Source: Syntrophaceae bacterium (GTDB taxonomy: Bacteria; Desulfobacterota; Syntrophia; Syntrophales; Smithellaceae). From it: a stretch of DNA of 64,000 bases. A program made the position numbers and the translations under genes. Below, piece by piece: positions 6,740-16,768 of this stretch. The notes beneath the pieces are model-generated. The model worked only from the letters and a program-made list of their open reading frames with translations, was not told the origin of the DNA and did no database searches. The DNA is taken from contig WRPE01000011.1 of the NCBI GenBank assembly GCA_009773315.1, positions 132 to 64,131 on the forward strand. Reading direction: 5' to 3'. Positions within the stretch are counted from its first letter, which is position 1. Each line of letters opens with the position of its first letter.

Positions 6740-7567
6740 ATGTTTAAGATGATTAAGAAAACGGCTTTTGGGCTACTGGTCACGTGCTTTGCAGCGGGGG
6801 CGGTATTCGCCTCTGAATCCATCGTTATCAAAGGGTCGACAACCGTATTACCGATCACTCAGGCGGTTGTTGAAACCTATATGAAGGCCAATCCGGGTGT
6901 GCAGATGTCTGTTTCCGGGGGCGGTTCCGGTGAGGGAATTAAGGCGATTATTGATAAAACAACGGATATCGCCATGTCATCACGCGCCATAAAAAAGGAA
7001 GAAATTGAGCTGGCAAAAACAAGAGGCGCCAACCCGGTGGAACATGTGGTCGGATTGGATGCGTTAATTCCAATCGTGCATCCGAGAAACAAAGTGAGCA
7101 ATTTATCCATTGATCAGTTAAGCCAGATTTATCAGGGCAAGATTACCAACTGGAAGGAAGTCGGCGGCGAGGATTTGAAAATCGTGGTCATTTCGCGCGA
7201 CACATCTTCCGGAACATTTGAATCATGGGACCACTTTATCATGAAAAAGATCAAAGTTACTCCCCGGGCCCAGATGCTGGCCTCCAGTGGAGCCGTGGCG
7301 ACCGCAGTGGCAAAAAACCGTTACGCCATATCCTATGTGGGAATCGGTTATCTGAATAAAAGCATAAAACCTCTTTCAGTAAACGGGATTACCGGATCAA
7401 TCGACGCAGCCCTCGATAAGAGTTATCCACTTGCGCGTGAGCTCTACATGTACACAAATGGCGAACCGCAGGGGGAGGCAGCTAAATTTATGACTTTTAT
7501 CAAATCGCGGGCAGGTCAGAAAATTGTGGCTAAAGTCGGATTTGTGCCCACGATGTCTTTAAAATAG
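6740..7567 (+). CDS. pstS: Phosphate ABC transporter substrate-binding protein PstS
   Basis: Signal peptide MFKMIKKTAFGLLVTCFAAGAVFA, then IKGSTTVLP...SGGGSGEG...SRDTSSGT, typical of PstS-family PBPs. The ORF-track start at 6575 is an upstream extension without SD. Confidence 0.9.
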   Translation: MFKMIKKTAFGLLVTCFAAGAVFASESIVIKGSTTVLPITQAVVETYMKANPGVQMSVSGGGSGEGIKAIIDKTTDIAMSSRAIKKEEIELAKTRGANPVEHVVGLDALIPIVHPRNKVSNLSIDQLSQIYQGKITNWKEVGGEDLKIVVISRDTSSGTFESWDHFIMKKIKVTPRAQMLASSGAVATAVAKNRYAISYVGIGYLNKSIKPLSVNGITGSIDAALDKSYPLARELYMYTNGEPQGEAAKFMTFIKSRAGQKIVAKVGFVPTMSLK

Positions 7568-7600
7568 TTCTTTGATAGATGCGTTTTTTACATAAGCGAG

Positions 7601-7656
7601 AAAATGGTTTTGCCGCGGCAATAAATGTTGTATAAACCGTTGCAAAGCCATTTTTT
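7601..7656 (+). terminator. Intercistronic stem-loop / partial terminator between pstS and pstC
   Basis: Imperfect 18-nt arms AAAATGGTTTTGCCGCGG (7601-7618) and CCGTTGCAAAGCCATTTT (7637-7654), followed by T residues. A pstS-distal attenuator is a common arrangement. Confidence 0.45.
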
Positions 7657-7723
7657 CATGAGATTGGAACAGAGATGATTTTATGATTGCACCCATGCCC
7701 ATATTGTGTATAAAAGGACCGCA

Positions 7724-8611
7724 ATGAACCGGAAAACAAAAGAAATATTCATAAAATATATCTTCTTTCTTTTCGCTTTGGTTGCGATCATCGTTTTGGC
7801 GATGATCGTATTTTCTCTCTTTCGTGAAGGAATGCCGATATTCAAGCAGGTATCTGTCAAAGATTTTCTGTTTGGAATGGAATGGTATCCAACCTACGAC
7901 CCGCCTTATTTCGGTATATTCCCGCTGATTGTCGGTTCATTCATTGTAACCATATTTGCTACTTTAATTGCGGTACCCCTGGGAGTGCTGGCCGCCATTT
8001 ATATTTCTGAGATCGCCCCGCGCTCGATTAAAGAAATTCTGAAATCCGTAATCGAGCTTCTGGCCGGTTTGCCTTCGGTTGTTTTGGGATTTTTCGGCAT
8101 GGTGGTTATCGCACCCGTTTTACAAAATGTATTCGACCTTCCCACGGGCCTGAACATTGTCAACGCTTCAATGATTCTTGCGTTGATGGCAATCCCTACA
8201 ATATCCAGTATTTCCGAAGATGCTCTCTATGCGGTGCCGCAGGAGTTCAAGGAAGCGTCTTATGCTCTGGGTGCGACCAAGTTTGAAACCATCGCTAAGG
8301 TTATTTTTCCGGCTGCTCTTTCCGGTGTAACCACCGCAGTCATGCTGGGCATGGCCAGAGCCATCGGAGAAACAATGGTTGTGCTGATGGTGGCAGGCGG
8401 TGCGGCGGCCATTCCGGAGAGCATTTTTGATTCCGTGCGTCCCATGCCCGCGAGCATTGCTGCCGAAATGGGGGAAACTCCCTACCGCAGTCTGCATTAT
8501 CATGCTCTTTTCGCCACCGGCATGGTTTTGTTCTTTCTGACGCTGGCATTCAATTTAATTGCGGATTACGTATCCAATAAATTCAAGCAGACAGGTTCTG
8601 CCACTCTTTAA
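7724..8611 (+). CDS. pstC: Phosphate ABC transporter permease PstC
   Basis: Six-TM permease with the EAA-type loop EASYALGATKFETI. ATG 7724 follows SD AAAAGGA. Confidence 0.9.
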   Translation: MNRKTKEIFIKYIFFLFALVAIIVLAMIVFSLFREGMPIFKQVSVKDFLFGMEWYPTYDPPYFGIFPLIVGSFIVTIFATLIAVPLGVLAAIYISEIAPRSIKEILKSVIELLAGLPSVVLGFFGMVVIAPVLQNVFDLPTGLNIVNASMILALMAIPTISSISEDALYAVPQEFKEASYALGATKFETIAKVIFPAALSGVTTAVMLGMARAIGETMVVLMVAGGAAAIPESIFDSVRPMPASIAAEMGETPYRSLHYHALFATGMVLFFLTLAFNLIADYVSNKFKQTGSATL

Positions 8612-8623
8612 AAGGAAAGAAGC

Positions 8624-9502
8624 ATGCATCAGATTCAGGCAAGCACAATGAAATGGCGCTATCTCCAGCAATCATTGTTTTTTGCTCTTATCCGCGGGGC
8701 GGCGCTGATTATCACGCTGGCTCTGGGCGGCATCATCTTATATATCATTATACACGGGATTTCTGCCATCAGCTGGGACTTTATTACCAAGCCTCCAACG
8801 CATTCAATGACACAAGGCGGCATCATGCCCGCCATTTTAGGAACGATATATCTTACAGTCGGCGCGATTTCCATTGGTCTGCCTCTGGGAGTCGCTTCGG
8901 CCATCTATCTGTCGGAATATGCCAGGCAGGGCAGGATGATCCGATTGATCAGGGTGGGGATTAATTGTCTGGCCGGCGTTCCTTCGGTTGTTTTCGGTCT
9001 ATTCGGACTTGCTTTCTTTGTGATTTTTTTCGGGCTTGGTTCAAGTATTCTGGCTGGTTCTTTAACCCTGGGATTCCTGATTCTGCCGACGATCATCGGC
9101 GCCTCGGAAGAAGCGCTGAAGTCTGTGCCAAAGACATTTCGGGAAGCGTCGCTGGCGTTGGGGGTATCCAAGTGGCAGACGATTTTCCGTATTGTTTTGC
9201 CCAACGCCCTGCCGGGAATTCTAACCGGGTCTATTCTGGGTATCGGCCGTGCCGCAGGGGAAACCGCTCCGATCATGTTCACCGCTGCTGCATTTTTCAC
9301 TTCCAAACTTCCCAATTCTGTTTTTGATGAGGTGATGGCCCTGCCTTACCATATTTATGTTTTAGCGACAGCAGGGACAAATATCGAGGAAACGCGTCCG
9401 ATTCAGTATGGGACGGTATTGGTTCTGGTGACGCTTGTTCTGGGTATCAATATGATAGCCATCATTATACGAGCTTATATGAGAAGAAATAAAAGGTGGT
9501 AG
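8624..9502 (+). CDS. pstA: Phosphate ABC transporter permease PstA
   Basis: Permease with [20 protein letters not shown] and GRAAGETAP motifs. It is second in the pst gene order. Confidence 0.9.
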   Translation: MHQIQASTMKWRYLQQSLFFALIRGAALIITLALGGIILYIIIHGISAISWDFITKPPTHSMTQGGIMPAILGTIYLTVGAISIGLPLGVASAIYLSEYARQGRMIRLIRVGINCLAGVPSVVFGLFGLAFFVIFFGLGSSILAGSLTLGFLILPTIIGASEEALKSVPKTFREASLALGVSKWQTIFRIVLPNALPGILTGSILGIGRAAGETAPIMFTAAAFFTSKLPNSVFDEVMALPYHIYVLATAGTNIEETRPIQYGTVLVLVTLVLGINMIAIIIRAYMRRNKRW

Positions 9503-9504
9503 AG

Positions 9505-10263
9505 ATGGATGCAGATATGATCATCAGACTGAAGAATGTTAACTTTTACTATGGTGAAAACCAGGCGCTGACCAATATAAACATGAATTTCCGCAAAAAC
9601 AAAGTTACCGCCTTAATTGGTCCTTCCGGATGCGGCAAATCAACGCTCCTTCGGCTGCTCAACAGAATGAATGAATTGATCGACGCGACGCGCGTGGAGG
9701 GAGAGATTATATTTGAGGACAAGAATATCTATGCGCCCGATGTGGATCCGGTCGAAATCCGCCGCAAAATCGGCATGGTTTTTCAAAAACCCAACCCTTT
9801 TCCGAAGACCATCTACAACAATATTTCCTACGGACCGAAGCTGACCGGTGTGCCGGTTCATGATATGAGCGCTCTGGTGGAGCAGAGCCTCAAGCAGGCG
9901 GTTCTGTGGGATGAAGTCAAGGACATTCTCAACAAGTCCGCCATGAACCTGTCCGGGGGCCAGCAGCAGCGGCTTTGCATCGCGCGGGCGCTGGCGATGA
10001 AGCCGGATATTTTGCTGATGGACGAGCCGACCTCCGCGCTCGATCCCATCTCGACTGCAAAAATTGAGGAACTGATTGAAGAACTGAAAAAGGACTATAC
10101 GATTATTATCGTGACACATAACATGCAGCAGGCGGCCCGCATCTCCGACGAAACCGCTTTCTTTTATCTGGGGAATCTGATCGAGTACAGCAAAACGGAG
10201 AAAATATTCACCAAGCCGGACGTCAAGCAGACGGAAGACTACATCACAGGAAGATTCGGTTGA
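9505..10263 (+). CDS. pstB: Phosphate ABC transporter ATP-binding protein PstB
   Basis: Walker [10 protein letters not shown], signature LSGGQQQRL, Walker [16 protein letters not shown] 9505 follows SD AAAGGTGG. Confidence 0.95.
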   Translation: MDADMIIRLKNVNFYYGENQALTNINMNFRKNKVTALIGPSGCGKSTLLRLLNRMNELIDATRVEGEIIFEDKNIYAPDVDPVEIRRKIGMVFQKPNPFPKTIYNNISYGPKLTGVPVHDMSALVEQSLKQAVLWDEVKDILNKSAMNLSGGQQQRLCIARALAMKPDILLMDEPTSALDPISTAKIEELIEELKKDYTIIIVTHNMQQAARISDETAFFYLGNLIEYSKTEKIFTKPDVKQTEDYITGRFG

Positions 10264-10282
10264 GAATCAGGGGGAGGATACA

Positions 10283-10969
10283 ATGGAAGAAAGACGACAC
10301 ACCAGCTCGCACTATGAAAAAGAGCTCAAGGAGATTAAAAACTCTTTGATCTACCTGGGCGCTTTGACTGAGAAAGCGATAAAAGGCGCGATGAAATCCC
10401 TTTCGGATCGAGACTCGGAACTTGCCCGCAAAGTCATCAAGGATGATGACGCAATCGACCGTCTGGACTCAGATCTGGAAGAGCGCTGCATTAAAATCCT
10501 GGCGCTTCGGCAGCCGACGGCAATCGATCTGCGCTTCATCACCACCGCGATTAAAATCACCGGGCATCTGGAACGCATCGGCGACATGACCGTCAACATT
10601 GCCGAAAAAGCCATTCAGCTAAACGAGGTGCCGCAACTTAAACCCTATATCGATTTGCCCCGCATGACGGATCTGGTGGGCGCCATGATCAAAGATTCAC
10701 TCGACAGCTTTATTGCAGGCGATCTGAAGCTGGCAGAAAAAGTTCGCCAGACCGAACAGGTGATTGACGATCTCAATGAGCAGATATTCCGGGAGCTTTT
10801 GACCTTTATGATGGAGGATTCCAAATCGATTCATCGCGCTTTGCTGATTATGCAGATTTCCAAGAATATGGAACGCATTGCTGATCATGCGAAGGGGATC
10901 TCCGACATGGTCACCTACATGGTGACGGGAGAGTGCGTCCGTCATCAAACCTGTCCGCTTGCCGAATGA
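10283..10969 (+). CDS. phoU: Phosphate signalling complex protein PhoU
   Basis: Two PhoU repeats with ERIGD (...HLERIGDM...) and MERIADHA motifs. It lies directly after pstB. Confidence 0.9.
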   Translation: MEERRHTSSHYEKELKEIKNSLIYLGALTEKAIKGAMKSLSDRDSELARKVIKDDDAIDRLDSDLEERCIKILALRQPTAIDLRFITTAIKITGHLERIGDMTVNIAEKAIQLNEVPQLKPYIDLPRMTDLVGAMIKDSLDSFIAGDLKLAEKVRQTEQVIDDLNEQIFRELLTFMMEDSKSIHRALLIMQISKNMERIADHAKGISDMVTYMVTGECVRHQTCPLAE

Positions 10970-10978
10970 GGATCGAAC

Positions 10979-12724
10979 GTGAAGGGTAAACTATTTTTTA
11001 AAATACTGTTTTCCTATCTTGCGATCATTTTCCTGTCATTTTTGATTCTGAATTCGTTCATTAAGGACGAAATTCGGGATGTCCTGACCGGTAAAATCGA
11101 GCGTGAGCTATTTGCTTACGCTCGATTGATCGATTTGAATATACCCTCTGAAACATCCGCGCAGCTGACGCAGGTCGCCTTGATTTCAAGGGCCCGTGTG
11201 ACACTGGTTGACAGGCAGGGGAAGGTGCTGGCGGATTCGCTTCTGGACGCGTCGGGACTCGAAAATCATTTAAACCGGCCCGAAGTGCAGGAAGCCAGGG
11301 TTCGTGGCGAGGGCAGGGCCACCAGCCTGAGTACGTCGGACCGTGCAGGAATGCTCTATGTTGCCGTTGCGGTTAGGGACAGCTCGGATATCATCGGCTA
11401 CGTCCGTTTGGCCCGCTCGCTCGATGATGTTAAAAAAACCGTCGACGAGGTATATGCCTCGTTTTTGATGGCCCTGATCCTCACGTCGACGTTGTCGCTG
11501 ATTCTGGCGTTGATCTTTTCGTTCTACATTACAAAGCCTGTTCGGATCCTGGAAAAATTTACCGAGAAACTGCGTCGCGGGGAGCCTTCGGGGACGCTCA
11601 TTTTGCAGACATCCGATGAAACAAAAATACTCGCTGATAATATCAACTACCTGGTGGAAGAACTTCAAAGTCAGATCCGTCTGGCCAACGAAGAGAAGAG
11701 CAAGCTTATGGCCGCCTTCACCAGCATGACGGAAGGGGTGTTGATCGTCGACGCCTCCGATCAGATTGAATTCGTAAGTGCCGTCCTCCAGGGAATCTTG
11801 CTTGAACCCTACGGCGGCATCGAAGGGAAGACGCTGATGGAGGCATTTCGGAATGTGGAGCTGCACAAAGCGTTTCACCGGTTCAAACTGACGAGAGAAG
11901 TCGTGTCCGCCGAGATCGTGCTCGACAGTATAGAACCGGTCATCATGAACGTGAGCATTTCCGGGGTTCACGGGTATCCCGGTGAAGAAAAAACCATGGT
12001 TGTGTTTCATGACGTGACAAGGTTAAAAAAGCTGGAAAGGATCCGTACAGACTTTGTCGCCAACGTCACGCATGAAATCCGCACGCCCCTGACGGCGATT
12101 ATCGGTTATCTGGAAACCCTTCAGGAGGGAGCACTTCAGAACACGGAAGATGCCAAACGGTTTATCGAAATTTTGCTCAAACAGGCGCAAAGACTTAACC
12201 GTCTGGTGGAAGATCTGATGATCATCTCCAGAATTGAACTGGGTGAGGTAAAATTCCTTTTCGAGGATGTATATCTCCCGGATATCATCGGTGGTGTGAT
12301 TCCTCTTTTGGAAGCTAAAGCGGCGGTCAAAAATATTCGCATCGAGAATCATGTGCCGGAAAAGATGCTGCCTGTAAGGGGAGACCGCGACAGGCTAAGC
12401 CAGGTCTTTGTCAATGTGCTGGATAACGCTGTGAAGTTTACCCCCGGTGGCGGCAGTGTGACAATTAATGCTGAAGAAAAAGCAGGGAACATGGTTGTTG
12501 CGATTACCGATACCGGAATGGGCATTCCCAGAGAAGAAATCCAGCGCCTGGGTGAGCGGTTTTATCGCGTGGACAAAACACGGTCGCGCGACCTGGGCGG
12601 CACAGGCCTTGGCCTGTCGATTGTCAAACACCTGATGCTCTCGCACGGCGGAAGAATGGAAATCGAAAGTCAGTTGGGGCACGGTACAAAAGTCTCTTTA
12701 TTTTTCCCGATTGGGAAAGCATAA
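10979..12724 (+). CDS. phoR: Phosphate regulon sensor histidine kinase PhoR-like
   Basis: N-terminal TM segments, PAS-like region, HisKA box FVANVTHEIRTPLT, and HATPase N/G boxes (NAVKFTP..., DTGMGIP, GGTGLGLSIVK). Confidence 0.85.
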   Translation: MKGKLFFKILFSYLAIIFLSFLILNSFIKDEIRDVLTGKIERELFAYARLIDLNIPSETSAQLTQVALISRARVTLVDRQGKVLADSLLDASGLENHLNRPEVQEARVRGEGRATSLSTSDRAGMLYVAVAVRDSSDIIGYVRLARSLDDVKKTVDEVYASFLMALILTSTLSLILALIFSFYITKPVRILEKFTEKLRRGEPSGTLILQTSDETKILADNINYLVEELQSQIRLANEEKSKLMAAFTSMTEGVLIVDASDQIEFVSAVLQGILLEPYGGIEGKTLMEAFRNVELHKAFHRFKLTREVVSAEIVLDSIEPVIMNVSISGVHGYPGEEKTMVVFHDVTRLKKLERIRTDFVANVTHEIRTPLTAIIGYLETLQEGALQNTEDAKRFIEILLKQAQRLNRLVEDLMIISRIELGEVKFLFEDVYLPDIIGGVIPLLEAKAAVKNIRIENHVPEKMLPVRGDRDRLSQVFVNVLDNAVKFTPGGGSVTINAEEKAGNMVVAITDTGMGIPREEIQRLGERFYRVDKTRSRDLGGTGLGLSIVKHLMLSHGGRMEIESQLGHGTKVSLFFPIGKA

Positions 12725-12752
12725 TCTTTCCGAATTCTCGAAGGAGCAGAAG

Positions 12753-13577
12753 ATGGAAAGCCAAATAGCCAAAGCCATACAATTTAAATATCAGCCGGTC
12801 GCGCTTCTCTGGTCCGAGGAGAAGCCGGCGGACGCGATGCAATTTTCCGAAGGCAAGTGGGGCTGTGTGATGTGGCTGGCCGTTTCTGCGGCCAAAGGCA
12901 AACCGGCTGTGGCCGATAGAAAAACCTTCGGTTGTGCCGGCGGCGGCGTGGGGTTGGGTTTCGGTAATCAGTATCTGAACTTTCCCGGCGGAGAAGAAGG
13001 GTTCTGTCACTTCCTCTCATCGGGGAATGCCGGACGTCCCGGCGGACCGGAACTGGCGAAGCAAATCAAACCTTTCATGACCAAGGAGAGTCATGATCAT
13101 TTCCTGTATGGCGAACGTTATATCAAAAGCCCGGAACTTGTTTCCAAGTTTGTTCATGCGCTGCCGATGACGGACATTCCGGGAAAGTACGTGGTGTTCA
13201 AACCGCTGTCCACGGTTGATGTAACCCAAGAAAAACCGCAGACGATTATTTTTTTTGCCAACCCTGATCAACTCTCCGCGTTAACGGTGTTGGCCAATTA
13301 TGGACGCGGCAACAATGAAAACGTGATGATCCCTTATGCCGCCGGTTGCCAGACCATCGGTATTTACCCTTACCGCGAAGCCAAATCAACTAAGCCTCGT
13401 GCCGTTGCGGGCCTCACCGATCTATCCGCCCGCGTCTATGTCCGCAAACAACTGGACGATCCCCATTTCATGACCTTTGCCGCTCCTTTTGCGCTCTTTG
13501 AGGAGATGGAACAAAACGTCCCCGGCTCTTTCCTGGAGCGGCATACATGGCTCAGTTTGATGAAAGAGAAGCCATGA
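12753..13577 (+). CDS. DUF169-family protein
   Basis: ...YQPVALLWSEEKP...GKWGCVMW...TFGCAGGGVGLGFG resembles DUF169 (COG2043). SD AAGGAG precedes ATG 12753. The gene starts 28 nt after the phoR stop with no terminator between. Confidence 0.55.
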   Translation: MESQIAKAIQFKYQPVALLWSEEKPADAMQFSEGKWGCVMWLAVSAAKGKPAVADRKTFGCAGGGVGLGFGNQYLNFPGGEEGFCHFLSSGNAGRPGGPELAKQIKPFMTKESHDHFLYGERYIKSPELVSKFVHALPMTDIPGKYVVFKPLSTVDVTQEKPQTIIFFANPDQLSALTVLANYGRGNNENVMIPYAAGCQTIGIYPYREAKSTKPRAVAGLTDLSARVYVRKQLDDPHFMTFAAPFALFEEMEQNVPGSFLERHTWLSLMKEKP

Positions 13578-13939
13578 ATCGAAATAATGCTATAAAAATT
13601 GTCTTGTCCATCTTGATTCTGATGTTTTCCGGCCTGTGTTTTGCGGCGGATGTGCAACAATCTGAAATTAATCATTTGCTGCAATACATTGAAAGAACCA
13701 ACTGCAAGCAGGAAAGAAACGGCACGGAATATTCGGGCGCGGAAGCGGTGGCCCACGTGCAGAAAAAGTACGCGTATTTCAAAGACAAAATTCATGGCAC
13801 TGAAGAATTCATTATGTATAGCGCGACGAAAAGCGAGGTATCCGGAAAACCCTATACAGTTCATTGTCCCGGGCAGCCAGCCATCAACAGTCGTGACTGG
13901 CTGCTTAAGGAACTTAGTCGTTTCAGGCAAAAGAAATAA
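13574..13939 (+). CDS. Secreted DUF5329-like protein
   Basis: Signal peptide, then EINHLLQYIERTNC...RNGTEYSGAEAVAHVQKKY...SGKPYTV, resembling DUF5329 (YfeK-like). The start overlaps the DUF169 stop as ATGA. Confidence 0.5.
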   Translation: MNRNNAIKIVLSILILMFSGLCFAADVQQSEINHLLQYIERTNCKQERNGTEYSGAEAVAHVQKKYAYFKDKIHGTEEFIMYSATKSEVSGKPYTVHCPGQPAINSRDWLLKELSRFRQKK

Positions 13940-14100
13940 TTCTGAACGGCGGTTGAGTCGGGAATCTACAATAAACGACGATGTCCGCTTTTCGTAGTAG
14001 CTCTTTTCTTGAAAATGTCGTAAAGTGCCTCTTGGAAATTATAGGATATTGTCCTGACGACAATATAAAAATGACTGTATTTACCTGAAAGGAGTGTCAA

Positions 14101-15816
14101 ATGAATTATCTGTTGCAGCCGAAAAAGTATCAGAGTCTGATGTCTGATGAAGGCTCGAAAGCTATCATGGACAAAACGATCACCTTCTTCGAGAAAATGG
14201 GCAAAACCAGGATTACCGAAGATTTCAACAAAAAGGTCTGGTATAGGGAGTTCGTTGATTTTATTGCCAAAGAGCAGATCTTTGCGAAACTTCTTACTCC
14301 CAGCCAATACGGCGGAAGTGATCTCGACTGCCGTTGGGATACAGCCCGTAACAGTGAATATAGCGAGCTTCTGGCCTTTTACGGTCTGGGTTACTGGTAT
14401 TGTTTTCAGGTCAGCATCCTAGGGCTTGGTCCCATCTGGATGAGTCCCAATGAAAAAGCCAAGAAGAAGGCCGCCGAATTGCTTAAAAAAGGCGCGATCT
14501 TCGCCTTCGGCCTTTCCGAACGGACGCACGGCGCGGACATCTATTCCACCGAAACGACACTGACGCCAAAACCAGATGGTACCTGGGTGGCCAACGGAGA
14601 AAAGTACTATATCGGCAACGGCAACGAAGCGGAGATGGTCTCCACGCTGGGGAAAATCAAGGACGGCACGGATGATTACACTTTCTTTGTTACCAATTTT
14701 CATCACAAAGCCTATGAACTGAAAAAGAACGTTGTTTCCCATCAGCAATATGTTTCCAGTTTTGCCCTTCACGATTATCCCATCACGGAAGAAGACATTC
14801 TTTCGCGGGGATCGCATGCCTGGGATTCTTCGCTCAACACGGTGAACGTCGGTAAGTTCAATATTGGCCCGGGATCTATCGGCGTGACCGAACATAGTTT
14901 TTATGAAGCCATTACCCATGCGGCAAATCGTATACTTTACGGTGTTCATGTTACGGACATGCCGCATGTGAAGAAAAATTTTATGGATGCCTGGCTTAGG
15001 ATCGTGGGAATGAAACTCTACCAACGTCGCTCCACGGACTATTTCCGCAGCGCCAACGCCAACGATCGCCGTTATCTGCTCTACAATCCCACCAGCAAGA
15101 TGAAAGTGACGACGCAGGCCGAAGAAGTAATCAACCTGCTCTGGGAAGTGATTGCCGCCAAGGGATTCGAAAAGGATACCTATTTCTCCCTCGGCGCTTC
15201 AGACATTCGCGGGCCTTCCAAACTGGAAGGAACAGTCCATGTTAATGTTCAGCTCATCCGCAAGTTCATGAAGAACTACTTCTTCAGTCCGACCCAGTAT
15301 GCTCCGGTTGCGCCGGATTTCTCCGCCAAGGACGATCTTTTTCTGTTTAATCAGGGGCCGACAAAGGGATTGGGGACTGTTCAGTTCCACGACTATAAGC
15401 CGGTCTTTGAAGCCAACAAGCAACTCCCGAATGTGGCCATCTTCATTCAGCAGATCAATCTATTCAAGGCATTGCTGGAGAAAGCTGGTCCGGACAAGGC
15501 CCAGGATATGGATCCCATCTTTTCTCTGCCGTTGGGCGAGATGTTCTCCATCGTTGTCTATGGGCAGCTGATTCTGGAACAGGCCAAATTTGGTAATGTT
15601 GATCCGGATATTATCAACCAGATCTTTGATTTCATGGTGCGCGACTTTGCCCGCTTTGCCTTGCAAATCTATGGCACGCACACCACCAGGGATGAACAGC
15701 GTGCGTACTGCAAGGATATCATGCTGATTAAGTCACAGGGAGACGATGACCAATATAACAGAGTCTGGAGTAAATATGTATTTACCTTAAATGGCGAATA
15801 CGCGATGAATGAATAG
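14101..15816 (+). CDS. Acyl-CoA dehydrogenase-family protein (long form, 571 aa)
   Basis: ...IFAFGLSERTHGADIYSTETTL...WVANGEKYYIGNGN... is typical of the ACAD middle domain. SD GAAAGGAG precedes the ATG. Confidence 0.75.
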   Translation: MNYLLQPKKYQSLMSDEGSKAIMDKTITFFEKMGKTRITEDFNKKVWYREFVDFIAKEQIFAKLLTPSQYGGSDLDCRWDTARNSEYSELLAFYGLGYWYCFQVSILGLGPIWMSPNEKAKKKAAELLKKGAIFAFGLSERTHGADIYSTETTLTPKPDGTWVANGEKYYIGNGNEAEMVSTLGKIKDGTDDYTFFVTNFHHKAYELKKNVVSHQQYVSSFALHDYPITEEDILSRGSHAWDSSLNTVNVGKFNIGPGSIGVTEHSFYEAITHAANRILYGVHVTDMPHVKKNFMDAWLRIVGMKLYQRRSTDYFRSANANDRRYLLYNPTSKMKVTTQAEEVINLLWEVIAAKGFEKDTYFSLGASDIRGPSKLEGTVHVNVQLIRKFMKNYFFSPTQYAPVAPDFSAKDDLFLFNQGPTKGLGTVQFHDYKPVFEANKQLPNVAIFIQQINLFKALLEKAGPDKAQDMDPIFSLPLGEMFSIVVYGQLILEQAKFGNVDPDIINQIFDFMVRDFARFALQIYGTHTTRDEQRAYCKDIMLIKSQGDDDQYNRVWSKYVFTLNGEYAMNE

Positions 15817-15893
15817 GCTGTGACACACTCACTAACTGATGTTGTTTGTTTTTTGTGCTTCATAGTGGCCTGTGTTTCAGTAGAAACGTAACG

Positions 15894-15955
15894 GGTTATT
15901 GCAAGCGACGCGGCAATCTCTGGTGCTTCGAGATTGCCGCGTCGCGAGAATAACC
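15894..15955 (+). other. Large stable stem-loop in the intergenic region
   Basis: Perfect 16-bp stem GCGACGCGGCAATCTC (15905-15920) pairs with GAGATTGCCGCGTCGC (15930-15945). After an internal loop, GGTTATT (15894-15900) pairs with AATAACC (15949-15955). No T-run follows. Confidence 0.7.
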
Positions 15956-15985
15956 GTCCGTATCATGGACGTCCAGGAGCTCTAC

Positions 15986-16753
15986 ATGAAGATACGGGTG
16001 TTAGGTTGCCACGGTTCACAACTGCCTTATCACAATACAACAAGTTTCCTTCTTGAAAAAAATATCTTAATTGATGCGGGAACTGTCACGCCTGTGTTGA
16101 CATTGGAGGAACAACTCCGCATTGATTATATTTTCGTAACGCACGCCCATCTGGATCATGTGCGCGATATTATGTTTCTTGCGGACAATCTTTATCATGC
16201 GAAACGGGAAAGACCGCTGATTGTCTGCAGCAGCCGGGGGATCATTGAAAATATCCATCGCCACCTGTTCAATAATGTCATCTGGCCGGATTTTTCGAAA
16301 ATTCCCAGCGCCAAAGCGCCGCTGATTAAGTTTGAGATTCTCACGCCCGGCAGAAAAAAAATATTGGGCGATTGGCGGGTGCGAGCGATGGGTGTTCATC
16401 ATACCGTGGAAACCGTGGGATATATGATGGAGTCGAAAGACAAGGCGGTTCTTTTTCTCGGCGACACGGGGCCCACAGAGGATGTCTGGAAAGTTGCCGG
16501 GACCATGAAGGGGTTGCGGGCGATCTTTGTGGAAACGTCCTTGTCCGGCAGCGTGCAAGATATCGCGGATAAAACCGGGCACCTCACACCGGTGACGCTC
16601 GCGGCGGAACTGAAGAAATTGAAAGACGCAAAACCGGAGATTTATCTTTATCACATGAAGTCCCAGTACGCCGAGGCGATTCGCCGAGAAATCGCGGCAA
16701 TCGGGGATAAGAAAATCCGCATCATTGAAGATGGTCAGGTCATTCGACTATAA
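15986..16753 (+). CDS. MBL-fold hydrolase resembling class-II 3',5'-cyclic-nucleotide phosphodiesterase
   Basis: Starts MKIRVLGCHGS... and carries THAHLDHVRD (HxHLDH motif) and GDTGPT. The ORF-track start 15899 would run through the hairpin, so ATG 15986 is preferred. Confidence 0.6.
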   Translation: MKIRVLGCHGSQLPYHNTTSFLLEKNILIDAGTVTPVLTLEEQLRIDYIFVTHAHLDHVRDIMFLADNLYHAKRERPLIVCSSRGIIENIHRHLFNNVIWPDFSKIPSAKAPLIKFEILTPGRKKILGDWRVRAMGVHHTVETVGYMMESKDKAVLFLGDTGPTEDVWKVAGTMKGLRAIFVETSLSGSVQDIADKTGHLTPVTLAAELKKLKDAKPEIYLYHMKSQYAEAIRREIAAIGDKKIRIIEDGQVIRL

Positions 16754-16768
16754 TTAACCGGCAATCCC

